This document shows, piece after piece, positions 56,669 through 64,000 of a stretch of DNA of 64,000 nucleotides (the stretch's first letter is position 1; the number at the start of each line of letters is the position of its first letter). The notes beneath the pieces are model-generated. The model saw only the letters and a program-made list of their open reading frames with translations, ran no database searches and was not told the origin of the DNA. Where the stretch lies: assembly GCA_015055605.1 (NCBI GenBank), contig SVHV01000002.1:216049-280048 (forward strand). Reading direction: 5' to 3'. The stretch comes from Clostridiales bacterium. GTDB taxonomy: Bacteria > Bacillota > Clostridia > Christensenellales > UBA1242. The translations under genes were made by a program, and so were the position numbers.

Positions 56669-56686
56669 TGTACTAAATTTGGTACA
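56669..56686. promoter_or_regulatory. Island palindrome copy d: TGTACTAAATTTGGTACA (may double as the WYL terminator hairpin)
   Basis: Read directly; followed by TGTTTTTG. Confidence 0.55.
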
Positions 56687-56837
56687 CTGTTTTTGTTATG
56701 ATTAGATTATAGATGGTTCTTGTGGACGATAAATAGAGTGATTTTAATATATTGTTTAGTGGGTTTGATAGTATGTAATTTTGTTTATATACTTACATTA
56801 AAAATTAGATGTACTATATCAAACCAAAGGGGGTTAT

Positions 56838-57341
56838 ATGAAATTTGAGGTTAGGCTATGTAGCGTGCTAGATAGTGGTACAGATATAATAGTTAATGCA
56901 GCTAATAATTATTTGTCTAGAGGCGGCGGTGTTTGTGGTGCGATTTTTGAGAGGGCAGGAGCAGAACTGCTCGAGGCTGAATGTAGAGTGTGGGGGTATG
57001 TTAAAACTGGCTCAGTTGCTACTACTAATGGATTTCAATCTGGTGCTAAATATATTATTCATGCTGTTGGTCCAAACTTTTATATAGACCATCAGGATTG
57101 GCAAGAGAAACTAGAGAGTGTGTATAAAAAATCGCTACTCGTGGCTGACGACTTGGGTGTAAATAGTATTGCTTTTCCTTGTATATCTACTGGAATATTT
57201 GGCTGTCCTATAGAAGAGTCTGCTAAGATTGCTGTGAGGGTTGTTAGAGAGTTTCAGCCCAAAAACCTAAAGAATTGTGTACTTTGTTGTTTTACAGACG
57301 GAGAATATTCTGTCTATAATGCATTACTGTATAGCAAGTAA
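56838..57341 (+). CDS. Stand-alone macro domain protein (MacroD/YmdB-like ADP-ribose hydrolase)
   Basis: IVNAANNYLSRGGGVCGAIFERAG, IIHAVGP, IAFPCISTGIFG motifs. Confidence 0.85.
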   Translation: MKFEVRLCSVLDSGTDIIVNAANNYLSRGGGVCGAIFERAGAELLEAECRVWGYVKTGSVATTNGFQSGAKYIIHAVGPNFYIDHQDWQEKLESVYKKSLLVADDLGVNSIAFPCISTGIFGCPIEESAKIAVRVVREFQPKNLKNCVLCCFTDGEYSVYNALLYSK

Positions 57342-57356
57342 ACTAGGTAAGAAGAT

Positions 57357-57393
57357 AAGTGGGTGTTTGTGATAAGCTGCACCCACTTTTTTT
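57357..57393 (+). terminator. Intrinsic terminator after the macro gene
   Basis: AAGTGGGTG...CACCCACTT plus T7. Confidence 0.75.
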
Positions 57394-57470
57394 ATTGTGT
57401 TTGGTGCTGATATGAGAATTATTCTTTTGTAATGAAAGCGTCTAGTGTGAGCCCTTAAAAAAGACAAGTA

Positions 57471-57498
57471 TTGACAAATGAAAAAATTATGATATAAT
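57471..57498 (+). promoter_or_regulatory. Near-consensus promoter TTGACA-16-TGaTATAAT
   Basis: TTGACA 57471-57476, TG 57490-57491, TATAAT 57493-57498. Confidence 0.7.
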
Positions 57499-57528
57499 GG
57501 GGGCAAGATTATTATGGGGGTTGGGGTT

Positions 57529-58725
57529 ATGAAAAAGGATTCCATAAGTAGTCTTGGCGAGCATTATAGAGGGCTAGTTGGTGATATAGCCTACAATGAT
57601 AAAAATGCTACAATTAAGACAATTGTAAAAGATTATTCTTCTAAGTTTGGCACATTACAAGCCTGCTTTATGAGTGATAATCACTTGGGCTCTTCTGATA
57701 CAGATATCGAGGGCTTAATGGAGACTCTTAGATATGCAAATTCTCAAGAGAATGCTGTTATCTTTATTCTAGGAGATGCTCTTAATACTGCGATTGTTGG
57801 CAGTAAATCTGATGCTTATGAGGACATACTTTCTCCTCAAGAGCAGTTAGATGTTTTTTCTGAGGTCTTGAAACTTGCTAAAGGCAATAAAGAAGTTGCT
57901 AGAGTATTACAAGACCTAAACGATACTGGCAAAATAGTAGTCTTGCATAGTGGAAATCACGAGGACAGAATCAGAAAAGCTGTGGGTATTTCTACTACAA
58001 AACTTGCTGCAGATATTGCCGGTGTTGGAGATGTTTTCGCTCCATATTACGCTAGTACTGATTTAGTGCTTAGACAACCACTTGCTCCAGATGGTAAGTT
58101 CCATTTTGGCGTGGTTTCTCATCACGGCACAGGTATTTCTAATATAGACGGAACATTTAGACTACTTAGAACTGTAGACAATGCTAATATGTGTGTAATA
58201 GGTCACACTCATCAGCAATCTATGAAATACGAAAGAATGATTAAAGTTGACCCAGATGGTAAGCAGAGATACCATGATGTTTTGTGTCTAACACTACCTT
58301 CTAGTGGTGGTGGTACTTATGGCGCAGGTATGTCACTTCCTGATACTGCTAAACAGACAGCAGTTTGGGTTGCTATTAGTTCACAACCAAACCCTTATGC
58401 TGGTAGGATTTCTCCTACTGGTATTGAGTATCCAGATATTATCCCTGCCTGTGCGTTCTTTACTCCTACTAATACTATGGATACAAAGATTAAACAAAAA
58501 AGACACAATGCTGCAAAGAGAGTTATTGAGCAGGGTTGTGAAGAACAATTAGACTCAGTTAATGCAAAAATCAATGAAGCAGTAGATGCTATCACAGAAT
58601 TTGAGCAGTACCTCCGTAATAAAGTGCAAGGTGCTATCGTAGAGAAACCTAGAAAAAAACCTAGTGGCTATGATGCTTATGTACAAGCACTTGAAGAAAA
58701 TCAAGGTGAAAAGGGAGGAATGTAA
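57529..58725 (+). CDS. Calcineurin-like metallophosphoesterase with complete active-site motifs and coiled-coil tail
   Basis: SDNH, LGDALN, SGNHED, SHHG, GHTHQ in canonical order; ATG 57529 behind the G-rich RBS preferred over ATG 57514. Confidence 0.75.
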   Translation: MKKDSISSLGEHYRGLVGDIAYNDKNATIKTIVKDYSSKFGTLQACFMSDNHLGSSDTDIEGLMETLRYANSQENAVIFILGDALNTAIVGSKSDAYEDILSPQEQLDVFSEVLKLAKGNKEVARVLQDLNDTGKIVVLHSGNHEDRIRKAVGISTTKLAADIAGVGDVFAPYYASTDLVLRQPLAPDGKFHFGVVSHHGTGISNIDGTFRLLRTVDNANMCVIGHTHQQSMKYERMIKVDPDGKQRYHDVLCLTLPSSGGGTYGAGMSLPDTAKQTAVWVAISSQPNPYAGRISPTGIEYPDIIPACAFFTPTNTMDTKIKQKRHNAAKRVIEQGCEEQLDSVNAKINEAVDAITEFEQYLRNKVQGAIVEKPRKKPSGYDAYVQALEENQGEKGGM

Positions 58726-58727
58726 TT

Positions 58728-60074
58728 ATGTCAGATATTGTTACTAAGATTGCTCATGGTGAAGTTGATGACAAAATTGATGTAGATTACATCAGAAGAA
58801 GTGGCGACTATATCAGAGAAAGGATTTTGGACGCAACTGAAGTTGACTTGTCTAGGACTGCTCCTAATGTATTTAATTATGTTATGCCTAGAAATAGTTT
58901 AGGCTTAAACGAGATTAGTAATGTAGATATGGGCTATGCTGGTACTAGTGTAGACTTTGCTGGCGAGCATTTGTCTAAGAGAAATCCATATCTAAAAGAG
59001 TTAGAGTATAATGTATCCCTTATGAGAGATAGCGAAAATGCTATTGTCATTCTTAATGGTGGATTATTTAGTTATGTGCCAAAGACTCAACATGGCAGAT
59101 TGCTTTCTTATCAAGAACAGATTGCTTACTTCTATTCTTTATTTAAAGATTTGGCTGATCAGGGAAAGATTGTTGCTATGGTTAGAGGAACAGAAGAGCA
59201 TAGAATTCTTAAAAACCATCAGATAGATGTTTTATCTGTATTACAAGAGGCTCTAGGCCTTCAACAAAAGGTATGTAATGATGCCCTTGTGAATGTTGCT
59301 ATTGAGGACGATATGGTTGGTAGAGCAAATGTTGGTATTAGAACTATTAACTGGAATAATACTGCAACAACAGGTGCTTATATCGGTCGTAAGATGGAAG
59401 AGAGAGCAACCAAAAGAGGTGGTGCAGATATTTATATTGCTAGAACAACTATGAATTACTTTAAGACTGCTGTAATAGGTGAGAGTGATGGTACTCATAT
59501 CAGAAAGAAACCTATCTATCTATTATCTGGTGGCTCATATACTCCATTCAAGGGTGCGATGACTGCTGGTGCAGAGTATAATTCTATTAAAGATGGCGAA
59601 CTACCTCCTAATAGTTTCTGGTACAAGGTTACTATTGAAGAAAAAGCTCCAGAGATTGATGGGGATAGACCTTATATTGTTAGAGTTAATCCTATTCAGT
59701 ACACTGCTCACCAGATTACACTTCAAGGTACTGATGAATTAGTTGCTGGAATTGAGAACGAAATCGAGGCTAAGACTGACGGTTTGGTTCAGGGCTTTGT
59801 AGATAGATTTTCTACTGCAATATCTACTCCTAGAGAAGAGGGTAGAAAGAGAATTAGAGAAATCTTGATTAATAATAAAAAGGTGGCGGCACAAAATACA
59901 GATATTGCTAAGTATGTTGCTGCTAAGAAAGGAAAGGGTGCTTATGTTGAGTCCCCAGCTAGAATAGAGGACCTAGGTAGTAATGTGCCAGTTAAGAAAC
60001 CTATAACTATCATTGACGGTGTTACAAATCTTGAAGAAGTAACCCCTGCTCCCGAAGAAGACCTACTTCCTTAG
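58728..60074 (+). CDS. Degenerate (probably inactive) paralog of the upstream metallophosphoesterase
   Basis: Blockwise similarity ENAIVILNGGLFS / ENAVIFILGDALN, LLSYQEQI / ILSPQEQL, GKIVAMVRGTEEHRI / GKIVVLHSGNHEDRI, IARTT / IGHTH; metal ligands substituted; ATG 2 nt after the upstream stop. Confidence 0.65.
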   Translation: MSDIVTKIAHGEVDDKIDVDYIRRSGDYIRERILDATEVDLSRTAPNVFNYVMPRNSLGLNEISNVDMGYAGTSVDFAGEHLSKRNPYLKELEYNVSLMRDSENAIVILNGGLFSYVPKTQHGRLLSYQEQIAYFYSLFKDLADQGKIVAMVRGTEEHRILKNHQIDVLSVLQEALGLQQKVCNDALVNVAIEDDMVGRANVGIRTINWNNTATTGAYIGRKMEERATKRGGADIYIARTTMNYFKTAVIGESDGTHIRKKPIYLLSGGSYTPFKGAMTAGAEYNSIKDGELPPNSFWYKVTIEEKAPEIDGDRPYIVRVNPIQYTAHQITLQGTDELVAGIENEIEAKTDGLVQGFVDRFSTAISTPREEGRKRIREILINNKKVAAQNTDIAKYVAAKKGKGAYVESPARIEDLGSNVPVKKPITIIDGVTNLEEVTPAPEEDLLP

Positions 60075-60086
60075 TTGAATAATAAA

Positions 60087-60116
60087 AGAGTAGACGAGAT
60101 GTCTGCTCTTTTTTTT
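60087..60116 (+). terminator. Intrinsic terminator
   Basis: AGAGTAGAC-5nt-GTCTGCTCT plus T8. Confidence 0.75.
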
Positions 60117-60142
60117 GTTGTGCAATTAATTTTTATTTGTGG

Positions 60143-60220
60143 ACAAAAGTACACGAAAATATTGTTTGGTTTATTGTGGTTGAGTGGTTTTAGTGTACAA
60201 AAAGCAATACAAAAGTACAC
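60143..60220. repeat. GTAC-cored repeats: ACAAAAGTACAC x2 (60143, 60209) and inverted GTGTAC/GTACAC (60193/60215)
   Basis: Read directly, immediately upstream of TTGACA at 60229. Confidence 0.6.
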
Positions 60221-60282
60221 AAATGCTATTGACATTAGTGTGTTATTGTGTTAGTATAAGTTTGATAACGGAGGTAATTATA

Positions 60283-61335
60283 ATGTCAAGAATAAAAACA
60301 CAAGAAGAGGTTGCTAAGTTTATAAAAGAAAAAATGAATGATAAGGGAATTAAAAAATCTATTGACCTTGCTAGAGCTGTTTCAATATGTAAGTATGGTC
60401 ATGAGATGGGGAGTAGACCAGATAATATTGATGCTATCAAGTATAGTGTGAGCAAGTGGCTACAATGGGAGAACAAAGATAAATCTAGATTTCCTGGCAC
60501 TGAGTATATATTTTATCTATCACAAGTTTTAGGGGTTACGATGGAAGAATTATTGATGGCAGGAGATGTTTGCTCAAAGTATGACAATAGACCATTTTCG
60601 TTATATGCAATAGCAAAGAGTAATAGTCCGGAGTTGCTAGAATCTGTAAGAGATAATGATAGCATAGACGGAAATTCTATTCTATCTAATTATGATGAGT
60701 TTGATAAAACACTACTGCATTATATTTTAGAGTTTGATAGTAGAGAATTGTTGCAATATATGATAGACAATGGCTATGTAAGATTTGAAAATACAGGTTT
60801 TACAATATATGTGACAATGTGGGGAATGTATTTTAATACAGAGTTATATTCAAAAATTGTGAAGATGGCTATCAAGTATGATGATATTAATATTTTTAGA
60901 AGTGCGATTAATAGAGTGTTGCCCTTGTATAAAGATATGTTAGATGAAGAGGATATGCTTAAGATTTTAGATACTACTGAAATATTTAAGTATCTCACTA
61001 CTCCTTATGTTGCTACTGCTGAGGAGTGGAGAATGGTTAATCCTGGTATTACATATATAGATAATGAATCTACTGAAGCATTAAAAGGGGTGCAGGTTTT
61101 ACCTATCTTATTTAATAACTTGTTGGCAGTTGCAAAAGATAGTCAAAATGATAAACTAGACTTACTTAGGGATATTGCGAAGAAACACAATAAAACTACA
61201 ATGGACTTGATAAATAGATTTTACTCTAGAAAAGAATTTGAAATACTTGAAGACGGACGACTTACTTCGGGTAGGTATGGTTGGCTTACAGTTTTAGGTA
61301 TGGAAGATGGGAAAGTTGTAGGAGAGGGTGCTTGA
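60283..61335 (+). CDS. XRE-like HTH protein with helical-repeat (possibly ankyrin-like) C-domain
   Basis: ATG 60283 behind RBS GGAGG; HTH stretch IDLARAVSI...KYSVSKWLQWEN; KTLLHYILEFDSRELLQYMIDNGY resembles an ANK repeat (weak). Confidence 0.55.
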   Translation: MSRIKTQEEVAKFIKEKMNDKGIKKSIDLARAVSICKYGHEMGSRPDNIDAIKYSVSKWLQWENKDKSRFPGTEYIFYLSQVLGVTMEELLMAGDVCSKYDNRPFSLYAIAKSNSPELLESVRDNDSIDGNSILSNYDEFDKTLLHYILEFDSRELLQYMIDNGYVRFENTGFTIYVTMWGMYFNTELYSKIVKMAIKYDDINIFRSAINRVLPLYKDMLDEEDMLKILDTTEIFKYLTTPYVATAEEWRMVNPGITYIDNESTEALKGVQVLPILFNNLLAVAKDSQNDKLDLLRDIAKKHNKTTMDLINRFYSRKEFEILEDGRLTSGRYGWLTVLGMEDGKVVGEGA

Positions 61336-62447
61336 TGAGATATTTGTTTTTTGATGCTGAATCTATACACAATAGGCATAAATATTCATATACTTTTGGT
61401 TATGTGGCAACTGATGATAAGTTTAAGCTTATTGCCCCTCGAGAAGATATAGTTTTTAATCCTGATATTCCCAAAGAAGAATATGACTGGCGTGTAATCA
61501 GAACAATGATGGAGCCTAGTTATAGCCTAAAAGAAGTGATTAAGAAACCTAAATTCACTACTTACTATAAGAAAATTAGTAAAATAATATCTGTTCCTGA
61601 TACTCTATGTATAGGCTGGCAGATGGACGGAGATGTGAAGTATCTTTTGAATAATTGTCATAGATATAATCTACCTGCAATAAACTTGCGATATATAGAT
61701 GTTAGAGATATTCTTCAGATTTTAACAAAGGAACAAGTGGGGTCTCTTTCGCATGAGTATACGAAATGGTGTCATAAATTACCAGAGTTGTCTCACACTA
61801 GCGATATTGATGCAGATATGACCAAAGATGTTCTAAATGCAGTGTTTAAGAAATATAAAATAAACCTAAAAGATTTCTTGGCAGAGCATAGCGAAATTAT
61901 GGGCGAAGCTAAAGACTTTGTTTATGGTTATACAAAAAAAGAAGATGTTAGAATTGAAAATGCAAAAACAGACATTATGATTAATGGTCGTAGATTTAAG
62001 CGTTCTGTGGGAGAAAAGGGCGATGATATGTCATCTAAGTCACTTAATAAACTGTTGTTTACAAGGTATTTAGACTATGTAACAATTAATAAAGATGCAG
62101 AACACTATTTAGCAGGAAAGTCGGTTAGTATAAGCTTGAATTATGAAAGGTATCATTTTCAAAATATGGTCAAACTGGTAAAAGTTCTTAGTGAGGTTGG
62201 CGCAGAGTACAGGCTAAAGGCTACTGAGTCTGATATTCTGGTAACTTATGATGATATATTAGATGCAGAAGGAGGAATAAGGTCTTGTTCTAAACTTAAA
62301 CATGTTAAAGAATTGGGCGAAGATTGTAATATGGAAATTATGAGTTTTGATGATTTTCTTGCACTGCTAAATTTAGATAGAGAATCTTTAGATGATTTAC
62401 CTAAGATTGATGTAGAATTTTTATCAGATGAAAAATATGCTCGTTAG
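61335..62447 (+). CDS. DEDDh (DnaQ-like) 3-prime-5-prime exonuclease with C-terminal BRCT-like domain
   Basis: Exo I FFDAES, Exo II GWQMDGDVKYL, Exo III HTSDIDADMT; C-terminal LAGKSVSISLNYER...VGAEYRL...DILV BRCT-like pattern; ATG overlaps the upstream TGA (TGATG). Confidence 0.6.
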   Translation: MRYLFFDAESIHNRHKYSYTFGYVATDDKFKLIAPREDIVFNPDIPKEEYDWRVIRTMMEPSYSLKEVIKKPKFTTYYKKISKIISVPDTLCIGWQMDGDVKYLLNNCHRYNLPAINLRYIDVRDILQILTKEQVGSLSHEYTKWCHKLPELSHTSDIDADMTKDVLNAVFKKYKINLKDFLAEHSEIMGEAKDFVYGYTKKEDVRIENAKTDIMINGRRFKRSVGEKGDDMSSKSLNKLLFTRYLDYVTINKDAEHYLAGKSVSISLNYERYHFQNMVKLVKVLSEVGAEYRLKATESDILVTYDDILDAEGGIRSCSKLKHVKELGEDCNMEIMSFDDFLALLNLDRESLDDLPKIDVEFLSDEKYAR

Positions 62448-62510
62448 AATTTTGTAGGCTGTAAATAGTATTGAGAAGATTGTGTAAGGGTCATATACTA
62501 GATGTCTAAC

Positions 62511-62549
62511 AAAAAAACAACCAAAGATAATTGCCTTTGGTTGTTTTTT
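62511..62549. terminator. Bidirectional terminator at the right edge of the island
   Basis: AACAACCAAAG-8nt-CTTTGGTTGTT flanked by A7 and T6. Confidence 0.8.
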
Positions 62550-62552
62550 GTT

Positions 62553-62984
62553 TTATTCGGTATATGCAGTCATTGAATCGAATATTGCTATTTCATTCTC
62601 TGCAGATTCTACACAGTCAGAACCATGAAGAACATTTTTTGTAATGTTAACATTTGGGTCGTCAGAAATAGGAGGGATTTCTGCTCTGAGTCTTTTGATT
62701 ATTGTCCTCATTTCTTCTATTGCATTTTCGCCTTCCATAACCATACCATAAGCTCTTCCGGAAGTAATGTAGTTTTCTAGATTAAGGTAAAAACCTTTAG
62801 CATTCTCATAGCTTCCTCTGAAGTGTTCTGCATAGTGTTTTTGGGCAAGTTCAACTGTATACTTTACAAATTTTTCTCTTAAGATTTGCATACCTGCTTT
62901 TTCTGCCTCACTCTTTACAAGTGCTATAACTTCTGGTTTCTCAGCAAACTCAGGTTTTACCATGATATATGTTAATTGTTTCAT
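62553..62984 (-). CDS. ndk: Nucleoside diphosphate kinase
   Basis: TYIMVKPE N-terminus and active-site NVLHGSD, AENEIAIF. Confidence 0.85.
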   Translation of the reverse strand: MKQLTYIMVKPEFAEKPEVIALVKSEAEKAGMQILREKFVKYTVELAQKHYAEHFRGSYENAKGFYLNLENYITSGRAYGMVMEGENAIEEMRTIIKRLRAEIPPISDDPNVNITKNVLHGSDCVESAENEIAIFDSMTAYTE

Positions 62985-63110
62985 TGTTTGTCTCCTTAAT
63001 ATTTATTTTTAACTATAACATAAATTATTATAAACATCAAAACATATCCGATAAAATATATTTGTTATTGTATATAATAAATTAGAATTGATGTGTTCTG
63101 TTATATTATT

Positions 63111-63980
63111 TTAGTCTACTCGTTTAGTGCTTTTGCAGTCGGCAGACTTGTTGTGTGTTTTTGCTTGTATTGAATCTAGGTTTTCTATAAGAGCTTTTTC
63201 ATATTCTTTTTTAGCAAGTTCTAGTGTGTCGGTATCGGTAAGCAGGCCCTCTAGTATTTGCATCTTGTATCTATAATATATGCTCTCGTAGTGCATAGGG
63301 TGTGGACCACCAAACCTATGATTAATGTCAACAAGTGGTGGTGTTGTGACATTAAGTATGCAGATATTAGGCATAAACTCTATTAGTAAATTTTCTATTT
63401 TTTGAACAAAACTCTCTCTGCTAAGGTGAAAATTGTTTTCAAAATCTATTCTTTTTCCGTTCTCGTAATAGTATTTAGCCATATTTACTCTATTTAAAAT
63501 TATATCCTCAGGTTTGTATACCTTTAGTAACTCTGTACATAATTTAGATACGATTTCTCTTAGAGTATCATCTGAGAATGTTTCTGGTACATTGATATAT
63601 TGTCTTTCTAGATTAAGATATTTATTGTTTTTAGCTAGATTGTCAAAAGTTGCTCTCGAATCATGTGTGTATATGATTTTGCTACCCTTTGGACTATTTA
63701 ACTCGTATATGTCATATCTACAATCTACCAGGTCGATTATTAGTTTGTCGGCTTTAGTTTTTAGTATTGCAGGTAAGCCTAATTTATTAAACTCATAGTA
63801 CATCATTCTATTCATAAAGTTTGTTCCGTCTACACTGCTAGCATCTGCTATATCTATAGGCAGAGGGGTTGTGAACATTGTGAATAATGATTGTTGAAGT
63901 ACATAACACTCTATACTGTGTCGGTCGCTATAATTAAATAATTCTCTTGTGTAACAACTGCCTAAAATATTAATTTTCAT
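63111..63980 (-). CDS. Hypothetical protein (289 aa)
   Basis: RBS AAAGAGG; N-terminus MKINILGSCYTRELF faintly recalls DUF6270/SGNH-like proteins; not secure. Confidence 0.4.
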   Translation of the reverse strand: MKINILGSCYTRELFNYSDRHSIECYVLQQSLFTMFTTPLPIDIADASSVDGTNFMNRMMYYEFNKLGLPAILKTKADKLIIDLVDCRYDIYELNSPKGSKIIYTHDSRATFDNLAKNNKYLNLERQYINVPETFSDDTLREIVSKLCTELLKVYKPEDIILNRVNMAKYYYENGKRIDFENNFHLSRESFVQKIENLLIEFMPNICILNVTTPPLVDINHRFGGPHPMHYESIYYRYKMQILEGLLTDTDTLELAKKEYEKALIENLDSIQAKTHNKSADCKSTKRVD

Positions 63981-64000
63981 TGTATACCTCTTTTGTCTTA

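Noticed and set aside
49793-62552. Island considered as a prophage or integrative element
   Set aside because: I recognised no integrase, recombinase, terminase, capsid, tail or lysis genes, no flanking tRNA and no obvious att repeats. It may contain phage-derived genes but is not a recognisable prophage.

Overview
AT-rich (judged by eye) chromosomal segment from a low-GC Bacillota/Mollicutes-like bacterium. It uses the standard code: TGA and TAG both end genes, and prfB is present. From 1 to ~49.8 kb the content is mostly housekeeping. This includes recD2-comFC, secA, aspS-gatCAB, prfB with its +1 frameshift, tsaD and degV. It also includes a SAM-I riboswitch driving a small ORF plus metK, thyA-folA, several ABC transporters, ppa, and an SOS-boxed Y-family polymerase/YolD pair. 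Small oddities interrupt this stretch: a frameshifted beta-helix lipoprotein, an iteron-like repeat array, and a TIM-barrel gene with an in-frame TAG. From ~49.8 to 62.5 kb, between a YfcC-like transporter and ndk, lies an accessory island with no integrase, transposase or phage structural genes. It is dense in nucleic-acid, signalling and proteolysis genes. These are an Lnu/ANT(2'')-like nucleotidyltransferase, a PPP phosphatase, a TM-less FtsH-like AAA-M41 protease, two unknown paralogs, and a DUF2779 (Cas4-like + DEDD) nuclease cotranscribed with a WYL regulator. They also include a stand-alone macro domain, an active/inactive metallophosphoesterase pair, and an HTH protein coupled to a DEDDh-BRCT exonuclease. 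An 18-bp GTAC-cored palindrome recurs in four intergenic gaps of the island and links six genes into one putative regulon. This is my best candidate for an undescribed defence or stress system. I recognised no rRNA, tRNA, CRISPR array or IS element by eye. All domain calls come from motif reading, not database searches.
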